Assembly: GCA_964234715.1 (NCBI GenBank) | Contig: OZ174290.1 | DNA length: 64,000 nt | Reading direction: 5' to 3' (one strand) | Source: Podarcis melisellensis | Taxonomy: Eukaryota | Shown here: positions 34,836-47,108 of the stretch, piece after piece | Position numbering within the stretch: the stretch's first letter is position 1 | Layout: every line of letters starts with the position of its first letter | Notes under the pieces: model-generated | Told to the model about the DNA's origin: nothing | Database searches by the model: none | The model's input: the letters and a program-made list of their open reading frames with translations, nothing else | Program-made: the position numbers and the translations under genes

Positions 34836-35446
34836 ATGTAAATGTCACTCATCATGGCCACTAAGACTTCCTGTGAGTTCAGTAGGCTTTGCTACACCAT
34901 GCACACAAAGAACACAAACACAATCCACAGAACCTGAACATGAAAGAAAAATAAGAAATCCCTCAGCTGAAGTAAGACAAAATGAAGGGAGCAACACAGA
35001 ATCCTGCCAGTTGCAGGTGGGAAGTACATGGAAGGGTCAATCCAGAAACCACAGAAGCTGCACCATTTCCTCTAACAAGCTGTTTGGAACTGAACTGATC
35101 AGAGAAGGCCATGCCCTGGCTCCTTCTGGGATTGGCTGTCATGCCCTCTTTGGCAGCTGAAGGAATTTCATTCCTTTAAAATTTGATGGGCTTTGCCTTT
35201 TCACACTGCTCACATTCCTTTTCCTGCTGATCCAAAAGACTCAAACAAAAGGAAGAGGTCTGACACGCTGCCTCTTAGGAGAAGACCAAAGTGGATTCTC
35301 CAGCTATGTCCAATGCCATCTTAACTTCTTTATTTGTAAAGCTGATATGAATTTGCTTCCCAGAATTCTCTTCTGTAAATGTTGCTCCTGTATATTCATC
35401 AGATTTCCTCAGAATTGTCAAATATTGGGAATTTTCCTACCCTATA

Positions 35447-35688
35447 CAGTGGTACCTCGGGTTAAGAACTTAATTCGTTCTTGAGATCTGTTTTTAACCT
35501 GAAACTGTTCTTAACCTGAAGCACCACTTTAGCTAATGGGGCCTCCTGCTGCCGCTGCACCGCCGCTGCACAATTTCTGTTCTCATCCTGAAGCAAAGTT
35601 CTTAACCCGAGATAATATTTCTGAGTTAGCGGAGTCTGTAACCTGAAGCGTGTGTAACCTGAAGCGTATGTAACCTGAGGTACCACTG
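35447..35688 (+). mobile_element. Tigger-like MITE, full length (242 bp)
   Basis: TIRs CAGTGGTACCTC.GGTTA / TAACCTGAGGTACCACTG; TA TSD both sides. Confidence 0.95.
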
Positions 35689-35727
35689 TATTTGGTACCT
35701 GTATTTGACATCTGTTGATATTTGAAT

Positions 35728-36370
35728 TAAGAACATAAGAACATGAGAGGCAAATGGATGAGGCCAATGGACCATCTAGTCCAGAATACCGTTCTCACAC
35801 TGGCCAACCAAATGTCTGTGGGAAACCTGCAAGCAGGATCTATGCATAAGAGCACTCTTCCCTCCAGCCTTTTCCAGCAACTGACATACAAAAGCATTAC
35901 TGCTTCCAACCATGGGAGCAGAACATAGCCATTATAGCTAGTAGACATTGATAGCCTTCTCTGTGAATTTGTCCAATCCTCTTTTAAAGCCATTCAAGTT
36001 GGTGGCCATCACTGCCTCCTGTAGGAGCAAGTGCCATAGCTTATGCGCTGCATAACTATCGATCCTGAATCTAACATTTAGCTTCATTGAATGTCCCTGA
36101 GTTCTAGGGCTACGAGAGAGAAAGAAACAAACTTGTTTTCTATCCACTTTGTCTAAGCCATGCAGAATTCTATAAGCTACTATTGTCTCACCTCTTACTC
36201 ACCTTTTCTCTAAACGAAAAAAGTCCCAGATGCTGTAACCTTTCCTCATAGGGGAACTGCTCCACACCCTTGATCATTTTGGTTGCCCTTTTCTCAACCT
36301 TTCCCAACTCTACAATACCCTTATTGGGTAGAGGTGACTAGAACTGTACACAATATTCCCAATGTGGTCA
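35728..36370 (-). mobile_element. CR1 LINE 3' fragment (ORF2 C-terminus + UTR)
   Basis: peptide RTQGHSMKL...LWHLLLQEAVMATNLNGFKRGLDKF; TAAGAACATAAGAAC tail. Confidence 0.92.
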
Positions 36371-37103
36371 AATTCAGTATTTGGTGATTGGCATGGATTG
36401 GTGGTGTGCAAGAGATCCTCCTTCTATAATTTAGGCTGTGACTCAGTTCAGAATGAGCTTAAGTAAAAATGTGCGAATAAATAAATAAATAAATCAGAAA
36501 GCAAATCCTTTTAATTTTGAGTTCTGAAGTTCGCCTCTTCCGGTGATGATATGAGGAGTGCAGTGGGCCTCAACAGGTATAGTGAATGTGGATCACACTA
36601 GATGATGGGAGTTGAGATCAAAACAACATCTGGAAGGGTCACAGGTTTCCCATCCCTGGCCTAAGCTCTGGAGCTGTCTTCTGTCTTCTATAAGAATATA
36701 ACTCTTCTGGGTTTCACCACTCCCTTATGCAGTTCTGCTAGGGAGTTGATCAAAGTCAGTCGCCCTTTCTTTCTCCTCACCCCCATTTTCCTTTGGTCCT
36801 CTCCTGACCATCTCTGGACTTCTTCCTGCTGCTCATCATTAGCTTGGTGCATGACCATTCAGTGCTGCAGCTGAAGCTAACCAGTGGTGTGTGTACGGAG
36901 TTTCTGTATGGGATAATGAGAACTTGCAGTACATATCACTCTTCCCCACCACCACCCCTGTGGTATATTTGTGCATCTGTGATCCATGGCAGGAATCCAG
37001 CTTGGTTAATTACATTCTGCTTACCTAAATTCCCTCTTCTCTGCATGGACAAGTTATTCTTTGGTGGCTGTCCTGAAGTAAACTTCATTACATTCTGGCT
37101 GGT

Positions 37104-37180
37104 CTTCCTTCCTTCCTTCCTTCCTTCCTTCCTTCCTTCCTTCCTTCCTTCCTTCCTTCCTTCCTTCCTTCCTTCCTTCC
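37104..37180. repeat. (CTTC)n microsatellite
   Basis: directly visible. Confidence 0.97.
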
Positions 37181-38138
37181 TGTTGAGAAGGAGAAGCAGT
37201 TCCTCCTTGCAAGTGCCTGCTGTTAGAATGTTGTATTGTTTATTCAATTCTTTGTTAAGGAGGGGGGAGATTAGACAAGCATAAAACATGAGACGAAGGC
37301 AACAGAACCTGCAATAACTGAGATCAATAGGAAAGGGGAAGGGGGTGGGGGGGAGGATGAGATCCACGGTGCTCTAGGCATCCTTTCTGCATGCTAATAA
37401 GAGCTGTTATTAATATTATGTGGTGCCTTTCATCCCAGAGGATTCCAAATCACTTGCAAATTACCCATCTAAATCACTTTGGCCCAGCACTGAACATGAC
37501 CACCTCTAGGGTGCTGTATAACAAGACTTTAACTCTGTAGTTGCAGTTGGACAGAGTATTAGCTTGGAGGGAAATGAATGGTGTGGGTGGGCTGATCTGA
37601 GGCAGAATGCTGTAAACCTGGATTATGGCAATATGGAGCTTCGGTGATGTGACATCTAAAATACTGTGTTTGGGCTGAATTGGATGTGACATTATTATTC
37701 CAAATACCAGTTGTGTGAATTGTTTGTGCCCTTTACCTACCCTGCTAAATAGCCTAATCTACATACACAGCACTAGAAAGTGGTAGAATAGATTGTACCA
37801 ATTCATATTGCATTTGGGAAATCAAAGTTTGAAATCTTCCTTATATGTGCATGCTTGTGTGCAGCGATCTCCCTGCAAGTAGAAAACTAGCCTAGCAGAG
37901 AGATACCTGGGAGAGAGCCTGTCTCCCTGATCTGCTAGTTTGGGGCATTTTTAAAAAAATCGTAGAGTTGGGGGTCCAGCTTCAGTCTGGCTTCAGGCCC
38001 AGTCATGGCACCAAAACCACCTTGTGACATTTGTAGAGAGAGCTGGGAATGGGGGAATGTGACCCTGCTCATTCTCCTTGATCTTTCAGTAGCCCCCTGA
38101 CTGAGATGGGGGTCAACTGGAGGACACTTTCCCCTTCA

Positions 38139-38778
38139 AAGAATCATAGAATGGGAAGGGACCCAAGTGTCATCTAGTCCAACCCCCTGCAATGCAGGAA
38201 TCTCAGCTAAAGCATCCATGGGAAATGGCCACCCAACCTCTGCCCAGAATTGGACACAATATTCCAGGTGTGGTCTGACCAAGGCAGAACAGAGTGGTAC
38301 TATTACTTCTCTTGATCTGGATACTATACTTCTGTTGATGCAGCCTAGAACAGCATTAGCTTTTTTTGCTGCTGCATCACACTGTTGACTCATGTTAAGC
38401 TTGCAGTCCACCAAGACCCCTAAATCCTTTTCACATGTACTGCTAATAAGCCAGGTGTCCCCCATCCTATATTATTCCTGCCTAAGTGCAGAACCTTACA
38501 TTTGTCCCTATTTAAATTCATTTTGTTAGCTTGCGCCCAGTTCTCCAATATGTTACGGTCATTTTGAATTCTGATTCTGTCTTCTGCGGCATTAGCTACC
38601 CCTTCCAGTTTGGTGTCATCTGCGAATTTGATGAGCATCCCCTCAGGTCCTTCATCCAAATCATTTATAAAGCTGCTGAACAACAACAGGCCCAGGACAG
38701 AACTCTGCGGCACACCACTTGTCACTTTTTTCCAGGATGACAAGGAACCATTAATGACTACTCTTTGGGTTCGGTCAG
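38139..38778 (-). mobile_element. CR1 LINE RT fragment, internally deleted and joined to its 3' tail
   Basis: SGVPQSSVLG..LF..FINDLD...KFADDTKL and [16 protein letters not shown]...[12 protein letters not shown], then jump to the 3' UTR (GATTCCTGCATTGCAGGGGGTTGGACTAGATG..TTCTATGATTC). Confidence 0.95.
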
Positions 38779-39364
38779 CTGTTCCTCACTCTCCAACTTT
38801 AATAGTATTGATTGCAGAGGATGATTTGTTTTTCCAGTGATGCCCCTTATGGTTCTATGTGCCAAATTTAACGTAAGGGAACAAATCTTTCAGGAAGACC
38901 TGCAACAGATGGCCCTGCCAGACAGTGAGAAAAGTGAAACAAAACATGATAATATGATCATTAAAAGAGGTGAATGAATAGAATTTTGGATCCTCTCCAG
39001 CAGGTAAACAAGCAAGATAGTGTTGTATCTACTCCCCTCCCACTTTATAGTGGCCTACTGGATTTCAAACCACAACCAACAATTTGCATGGATACACTCA
39101 AATGAGGTTTCTGTTGCACAGTGGGTCGTTGCCTCCAGCAAGGGCAGTTTGAAAGCATTTAGCATTAATCTCCTGTACTGTACCAGTATTTATTACTCTT
39201 CATAACTGGTTAGTCAGATTCTTTGTTCTGGATCATCTTGTAGACTCTCTGGTGAATCATTAGCAAGGAGAACATCTTCATATGTGTCTCTCAGAGAGAT
39301 CATGTTGTCATCATTTGTATCTGTGCTCAGCTGGCTGGAAGAATTCCACCCACCAGCCTCCTAT

Positions 39365-39525
39365 AACTAAGCTGGTTCAACATTCTATAGCCTTTTAAAT
39401 GTGTTTGTGGAAGAGAGGTTATTGGTTATTTGGTTTTTATTATTATGTATTTTGTGTTCTCATATTGTGTTTTTATGTTGTGAACCACCCTGTCATCTTC
39501 AGGTAAAAGGCAGTATATAAATTAT

Positions 39526-39563
<38 letters not shown>
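39365..39563 (+). mobile_element. L2-type 3' tail ending in (AAT)n
   Basis: TGTTGTGAACCACCCTG..ATCTTC.GGT.AA.GGCAGTATATAAAT + (AAT)n at ~39528-39563. Confidence 0.7.
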
Positions 39564-40967
39564 CCCTGTGTACGAAGCTTCATTAGGAGCAGCCCTTGAT
39601 GTTGCTCTGTGAACCACAATTATGGCATGGTCTATTCTGCCACATAAAGGGATTTCGGTGGTGGGGATTCACTCAGTTCTCCTTTCAGTGTGAGCCTACC
39701 TGATTTGCATTTTCTGAACCATTAAGCAGACGTGCTATCCAACATCCACACCCTTCTGTGAGATGTGCACAGTTAGTGAAACTAGCATGCATTACATTAG
39801 AGGAAAATGCTCATTCTGTATAGGTATCCCCCCCCCCGTGAATTTCTGAAATTAAAAATTGCAAGCTGCAAGTAAAAATTGGGAGAACTTAAGGTTGGGG
39901 GAAAATTGGGAAAGTGAAACAAACGGAAACTGTCATGTGTGCCCACCCCTAGCTGAGACTCTCAGATGATATGATGGAGATGTGTATACCACAGCCGGTG
40001 TCAGCCATCGGCATAGTTAGGCATAGTTATGACACATGAAGGGGACTCCACCACCAGGAAGCACCACACCTCCATCTTGATTTTTCCAGCCAGGCAAAGG
40101 CAAGCCATAGAGGGTGTGCCCTGGGTAGAGTCCTGAGGGGCAAATAGAGATGTATGGAGGGCCACATTTGGCCCCCAGATGTGAGGTTCTTCTCTGCCCT
40201 TGGTTTAAAATTCTCCAAAAAACATGAATTTGCTGCTGTCTCTTTTTCTTTCCCTCCTGGAAAAAAAGGGAAGCAACTGAGTACTTGTTCCTTCTCCACG
40301 TGGGTTCAAAAGCCAAGGAGGGAGGGTGGGCCTTGGTTGCTGTCCAAACTGGGTGGCCTTTCTGGCCCATGGCAAAGCTGTGCCCAGGTGCGTCTTTTCA
40401 AAGAACGATAAAAGAACCCTTCCACGTGGGCAACTCCACTGTGGCGTGAATTTCATGAAGCTGGCCAGATGGCCCACAATAAAACAAATTTGGATGAAGG
40501 AGAGAAGGAAGCTTCTCTAGAGGCGAATGTGAGGACAAGAGATACATTTTCCTTGACTTGGCTACTTCTAAGCCAGGTGCATCCAGGACTATAGTGCTTA
40601 CGGGAAAAGAATTCTTTCCGGAAGTGGTGTCTTTGAATGGGGGTTACTCACAAACACATGCACAAACTCAACATGTGTCTTCCTTCCTTTCTCCTGTGTC
40701 TTCCTTCTCTTCCTTCCTTTCTCCTGTATCTTCCTTCTGTGTCTTCCATTAGGTGGAGTGAAACTGGGAAATGGTCACTCTTATGTCTAATACCTATATC
40801 TCTTTGTTTCTCAGTTCATCCACCCTGCCAGTGGAATGGTGCAAAACCTGTGCAAAACACTTTTTTTTAGTTGAATTAACAACTTACCATAAATCCCAAG
40901 TCGAGTTTGCTATGGTGAATGAAACATGGGGGGCGCTAGGGTGCTTTTTTAATAAGAAGCCATTTAT

Positions 40968-41418
40968 TCTAATATTTTTATTGATTGTGTTAAGAAGTGG
41001 ACACATAACAAAAAAGAAAGTGAATGAGGAGTAAAAAACGTAAACCATCAAGCATCACAAGGACAAAAGCCCAGCTACAAAGGAATAATAAAGTACTAAC
41101 TCATACAAGTATTCTTGTTACAAATAACACAGATATGTAAAAATGAAAGTATTCTCCACTTCTGAGTTTCACCATTATTGAGAATGAAAGCTCTATAAAG
41201 TCTTAGATGAGCCAGACATTTGCATATTCAGCTGACTGTATGCCTCAATAGTTGTATAAGAAATAAAATCGTGCTATAAAGCCAGAAAGGCTGGGGGAGG
41301 TCACTCAAGCTTTCTCTTTTAAATATTTTTTAGTTTATGAGATACCTTTTCAATGAAGGCCATTTGCTGGATACTGTTTCTCTGCTTATCCTTCTTACCC
41401 AACAAGAATGGTATGAAC
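40968..41418 (-). mobile_element. probable L1/Tx1-type 3' fragment flanked by a long duplication
   Basis: T-rich left end, minus-strand peptide QQMAFIEKVSHKLK resembling an L1 ORF2 C-terminus; flanking ~53-bp direct repeats. Confidence 0.4.
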
Positions 41419-41639
41419 GGTGAATGAAACATGAGGGACCCTGGGGTGCAATTTATAAGGAGCCATTTATCCATGCTTCATAATGGTGCTGAATGGCTTA
41501 ATCCAGTATCACTAATTGTTCTTTATCTTCTTTTGCATTCTTAGCTATTGCAATTTCTTTCAGTGAAAAGTCCTTTAAAGGAAAAACAACCAAAACCTAT
41601 TGTTTGTGGCTTTTAAATTCACTGCCCTTTTGACACAAC

Positions 41640-41915
41640 ACCAGAGATGTGGAGCCTATGGCCCTCCAGATTATTTTTGACTGCAGTGCCCATCAACTGA
41701 AACCAACATGGGCAATAGTCAGGAATGATGGGAGTTGTAGCTCAGTAATACCTGGAGGTTTACACATTCCCCACACCTTAGACCAGGAGTAGCCAATGTG
41801 GTGCTCCCCAGACATTGTTGGACTCTGTTGGACTCAGCCCCAGAAAGCATGGCCAATGGTCAGGGATGTTGGGGGTTGAAAAGTATCTGGAAGACACCAT
41901 GTTGGCTCCCTTGGC
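41640..41915. mobile_element. two adjacent degenerate palindromic hAT-type MITEs
   Basis: GGCCCTCCAGAT..GATGGGAGTTGTAG and GTGGTGCTCCCAGAC..CATGGCCAATGGTCAGGGATG..CACCATGTTGGCT. Confidence 0.7.
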
Positions 41916-43164
41916 TGTAGACTATGGCTTTCTCCCAGTGTATCCAGACAAACTATAGTTTGATGGCTATGCTGAAAATGCTCAGTTATAGATCTGAACT
42001 CATTTTGTAAATCATCTTGTAAATCTATTTTACCTGTAAGCCTTTCTAGTAATATTCGCCACAATTGACATGTGTCATCTGAGAGAACCTACTTTTTAAA
42101 AGCTTCCTGACTTGTCTGACTAGAAACCACAGGTGACCAGGCAAATGAGTGTTTACATGCCCATACTAACAACCCCCCCCAAAAATAAAAAAATCCGATT
42201 TGCTTTGCACCTGCTCACCAAGCATGATCCTCTCCAAGGGGACCCCTCCTGCGCTCTGGGTCGTCTGCCCTTAATTCATTTCTGAAACCTCTGTTTCAAT
42301 TACTATCTAGGGTGCTTATTAGGGCTGTGTTGCAATTGCCCAAAGGTGCAGCAAATGCTTTCATGCGAACACACACATATATAAAAAAAGGCAAGGTAGC
42401 AAATAAAAGTGGGGCGAGATGGTGGGGGGAATTCAAATCCTTTCTTTTGTAGAGCGAAAATTGACTTTGCCTTGAGAAATCATCCACCCCTTTTTGTTTG
42501 TGCTTATGACAGAGCAAACAGAGTTCAGAGCTTTGGCCGAGGGAGGTTACGGTGGAATTAAATTAAAAATGCCACTCAAAAGCCGACAGGGATGCTGTGT
42601 GTCTTCCGCTGCTGATGGTGGTGTGTGCCTCTGATTCAGACATGGCAATGAATGCTCCCCCCCCCTTCTTTTTGCTCTGCCCTCCTTTTCAGTTGTACAA
42701 ATTATCACAATGCGTTAACATGCGGCTGGCGTAACCACTCTGTGCTGTGACGCTTCCCGTGTGATGCTCTGTTCTTGTGTTTCTACACGCGGTGCGTTCA
42801 AGTGTTCCTCTTGTTACGCTTTCCCCCTCCCTGGGCTACAATTTGTGTGTGCTTATTCTTGGCCGTGTAGCAACTGTGAGAAAAATAAAATTCTAGCTTG
42901 TTTCTCTGGCAACAGAAGGGCACAAAAGCAGGAAAACAGAACCTCCCTTCTTGCTAAACACGGCAAGGAGTCACTCTGCCTGCCTTCTTGGTTTCTTCAG
43001 TATGGGGGGGGAAGTGTTCCCCCCCCCTGGATTTTTTTGGGGTGGGGAAATGCTATGTGTCCTGCGTCACAGTGGGCAATATTCTCTTTGGAGAGCTGTT
43101 TAAAGATAAAGACCCCAAGGGAAGGAGAGAAGGAGAAGCCTTGAAGATCCCCAGTGACAATTAC

Positions 43165-43565
43165 TAAGAACATAAGAAGAGCCCTGCTAAATCAGGCCAG
43201 GGTGGCCTGTCTCATCCAGCATTCTCATATAGGCCCACCTAATGCCTCTGGGAAACCAGCAAGCAGGTCTTGAGAGTGGCGTAGCATGGGGGGTGCAGGG
43301 GGGGCCGGCCGCACCGGCCGCAACATCTGGGGGTTAGGGTTAGGGGGCACAAATCCACAGGTTAGGGGGCGCAAATCCACAGGTTAGGGGGTGCAAATGA
43401 CTTGCCTTGCCCCGGGTGCTGACAACCCACGCTACGCCACTGGGTCTTGAGCATAACAACACTTCCTTCTCCCATGGTTTCCTACAGCTGGTATTCAGAA
43501 GCTTGCTGCCTCCAACAGTGCAGGCAGAGAATAGCCATGATGGATAGTCCCACTTTGCCTTGTCA
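43165..43565 (-). mobile_element. CR1 3' UTR fragment interrupted by a hAT MITE
   Basis: TAAGAACATAAGAAGAGCCCTG...CTGGTATTCAGAAGC..GCCTCCAACAGTG. Confidence 0.85.
43274..43442. mobile_element. hAT MITE with TTAGGG-containing 22-bp internal repeat
   Basis: TIRs (G)AGTGGCGTAGC / GCTACGCCACTG; 8-bp TSD GGTCTTGA (43266-43273, 43443-43450). Confidence 0.9.
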
Positions 43566-45319
43566 TACACCCTGCTAGGGCCAAACCAACACATGAAGAG
43601 AGTCCTAAGAGCCAGACCAAGAGGTCCAGAGAGTGTGAGGTCCAGAGAGCGTGAGAGGTGAGTTTCACCACCCCTGGTCTAAGGCCCTAAGTAGGTTCCT
43701 AGTAGAGGAGAGGTTTGAACTGGGGTTTTCTTGATTTCCAACTTAGTCTCTGGTGTTCAGAAGCATTTCTGCCTCTGACTGTGTGTGGAGGCACAAAACA
43801 GTCCTCATGCCTAATGGTCATTGATCATCTTCTTCCTAAGGTAGGGCAGTAGACTGAGAAGGCACATGAATCACCTGGGGTGGTAGCCTATTAACATGTG
43901 CTGTCAGTACAAAGATTTCCATTTGTACAACTTCTCCCTGTGCATACCTACACCTTTCCTGAATCTGTTCTGGAGGGTTGGGGATAATCTAGAACAGATG
44001 CAAGGGGTGCACAGCGGAGAACAGAAGAATCCCATTGTGCAAGCGGAAATCATTGTGCTGTCAGAAGGCATCAGTTTGGATACAACTCCTGGTGTCTTTC
44101 TCTTTATAATGAGATGCATTTCTAGTTCCATTACAGTGATGGTTTCCTTATTTACATTTATATGCATAAATTAGCATATCTGAATTTTATGCTTTTTGGC
44201 CTCTTTATTGGATGATGCATTTCTGCTTTTTGGGTGATGCTGGATATCTACCCAGTTGATGCAAGTTTCTTGATGATCCAGTGACACCATTGGTCCTGTT
44301 CTTGGGTCACCTGTGGAGTCTGGCTGCCATGATTGCATGTTCAAGTGGGTCCCATGCTTTACCAGTAAAACTAAGAAAGGGTTTCACACATCCAGGGTAC
44401 TGATTAATGCTGTCTTCCTCAAACAAAGCAAATCCTGGTGCCAACCAGCCAAAAATGACTTTAGCATAACAAAATCAAACTATCCCCATGTAAGTCATAA
44501 TAAGATCTAAAAATTAATGTGCAGAATTTAATACCAATAACAGCATGATTAATATAGCCCACATTAAACCTTGACTACAAAAAATCCTAAACAATATCCC
44601 ACATCAAGAGTCTGTAGGTGTCCTGAGAAGCAGGTTTTGAAAGAATAGCAGGCAAAATGATCTCTGAGCTGTTCAGCAACCTCAGCTTTTGTAGCATGAG
44701 CCTGTCAGTTAGTCAGTAGACAGACAGACAGATAGATGAGAGTTCTGCTTTTAGTTTATTTTAAAAAAAATGAGCAGAGGGAAGGTGTGGTCAACTTTTA
44801 AACTACAGGAATGTTATAGCCAAAATACTTTTACATTCATCTGGCCATAGCATTCCGTATAGCCATGCCATCTGGCGTGTTAAGCATCTACCTTCTGTAT
44901 TCTGCAATATTTAGCTGTTTCATACGTGGTGAACCACTCTATGCCTATGTACATTGTTGGACTGTATTTACTTTTCACATCTTGTAAAAGATATAATGTT
45001 TAGCCACAAAGAGGGTGGATGTAGTCCATTATATTCTGCCCTGGCATAAGGTTCAATGTAAAAACAGGAGGCTGAATTTGCCTGGTAGCTTCCAAATGTG
45101 CTGCTGCAGATTTCTGGGGCCCTGCAAACTTCATAGTTTTGATGGTGAACATTATTCGGAGATGGAGAGGACTGTGACTTCTCCACCTCCTCTTCCCCTT
45201 TCTTCCACTGAGGCATGGTGGGTTGCTCTCTGCTTACATCCCTGCACTATGAGGAACTTGTTGTACATCAACACAAGGCTTCCTCTTTTAATCTGTCACA
45301 CATTATCCCCTCCAATCTC

Positions 45320-45390
45320 TGATGATTCCTTATCCAAGGGCTAACCCTGCTTTAGCTGTGAGATCTGACAAGCCGCCAGCCCTAGCTGGT
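45320..45390 (-). other. degenerate 5S-rRNA-derived fragment (SINE3 head or 5S pseudogene)
   Basis: minus strand CTTGTCAGATCTCACAGCTAAAGCAGGGTTAGCCCTTGGAT vs 5S CTCGTCTGATCTCGGAAGCTAAGCAGGGTCGGGCC...CTTGGAT. Confidence 0.5.
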
Positions 45391-46614
45391 AAGGTTGCGA
45401 CTTACTTTGGAATTTATTGCAGCAATTAGTCATGGAGCCTTGGCATTGTGCAATATTTATATGTGTGGTTGGCCTGTAAAACGGTGATTATCGAAGAGGA
45501 ATAATTGTTTGCGGTTGTGCATTGAAAGCTTTCTTTCCTTTGGCTTCTGGGACTAACTCTATGTTAATCACTGTCAAGCATGCAACTTAAAAAAAACAAA
45601 AAAACAAAAAACCAAAACATTTATTTTTAAACCAGCCATTATCTCAGCAGGACTCCTTCAAGCATCTGGATGGCATTGAAAGGGTTTTGTCCGAAAGAAG
45701 GAACTTAAATATAGCTGTATAGCTTTTCATTTCTTGCCATAGAGATCACTTTGGAGAAAGGTGAAGAGCAGCCAATTGTTGAAATGTCACCAGGGAATTT
45801 CCAGGAACTGCAGTGGAAAACTCTGAAGTAGGGCTTGGATGAGGCTCCTGTCTTTGATATGGTAACAGAAAAATCCACAGTCTGATAAGGAGGCACCTTG
45901 GCAAGAGAGGTGACCATGAAAAGGCTCCCCGGGGAGCCTGCCTTGCTTCTCAAGTTCCTACCATCTTTCATCCACCCCCCTCTTTGTGACTGAAGAGGTC
46001 TCTCTGACTGTAGCTTGCTTGCCCTTGTCAGAGAGTAGAGTTTTCTAACAGAAGAAATGATTGAAAAGTCTTTTATTTTGTTCCTCGTCCCCTCTGGAAT
46101 GGCTGCTAAATATATACTTCCTCTTCTTCCTTAAATGTTACCTGCTGCCAACAGGCAGAGTGAAACATTTCTCTTTTTTTGGAGGAGGGTGGGTGAAGAG
46201 AGTATACATGGTACAGGACAAATTAAGTCCTGCCTGGAGCTTGGTTGATGCACAGGAGGAAAAGGGAGAAAGCCACTGCATGATGAAGAGTGGGGGGGGG
46301 CATGTCATTTTAAAGCAGCAGGACTCCAGCTGCCACCATCACTTAGCATCAGCCATTTTGGAGGGCCCCACAATCCACATCCCCACATTGAAGAGACTCA
46401 CTGACAGTAAAAGTTTTAGCTAGATATTTGAAATCATTAGGTAATGCAGATGATGATATCCAACTGCACACAAGTGTCCTCTGCCCATTTTTCCTTATCT
46501 GAGTTCATTCACCTCCTCTCTAGCCCTTCCTCTGGACCACTCCCAACCCTCCTGTCCTAGTCTCCTCACTTCCTTTGGCTTCTTCTAGTCTCCTCTTCCG
46601 CCACCACCACCATT

Positions 46615-46790
46615 ATAGGCGATATCCTTCTGAATACCAGTTGCTAGAAACAGTGGGAGGGGAGAGCGCTCTTGTGCTCTTGTCCTGCTTGTGGGTTTCC
46701 CACAGTCATCTGGGTGGCCACTGTGAGAACAGGATGTTTAACTAGATAGGCTACTGGCCTGATCCAGCAGGATTTTCTTATGTTCTTATG
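46615..46790 (+). mobile_element. CR1 3' UTR fragment
   Basis: GGCCACTGTGAGAACAGGATG..ACTAGAT.GG...GGCCTGATCCAGCAGG..TTCTTATGTTCTTATG. Confidence 0.88.
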
Positions 46791-46937
46791 TTTCCTTGAC
46801 CAGCTGTTTAGCCTGCCCATCTCCAGACATAAGCAGCTTCAGTCAACTACTATCAGAAACTTGATTGGTCTAATCTGTTCAGCCAATGGAAAGCAATATC
46901 TTCCCTACCCTTCCTTTGATAGTTAGGCTAACCTTAG

Positions 46938-47108
46938 GTAAAGGTAAAGGGACCCCTGACCATATCTACTTGCACTTTGACGTGCTTTCGAACTGCTAGG
47001 TTGGCAGGAGCAGGGACTGAGCAACGGGAGCTCACCCCGTCGCGGGGATTTGAACCGCTGATCTGCTTATCGGCCAGCCCTAGGCTCTGTGGTTTAGACC
47101 ACAGCGCC
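46938..47108 (-). mobile_element. Sauria SINE with large internal deletion
   Basis: tRNA head and body up to CAAGTAGATA joined directly to tail TGGTCAGGGGTCCCTTTACCTTTAC; 8-bp TSD AACCTTAG (46930-46937, 47109-47116). Confidence 0.9.

Noticed and set aside
40675-40748. Short CT-rich tandem duplication
   Set aside because: Ordinary slippage-derived low-complexity repeat
45320-45390. Functional 5S rRNA gene
   Set aside because: Only a short, heavily diverged portion resembles 5S
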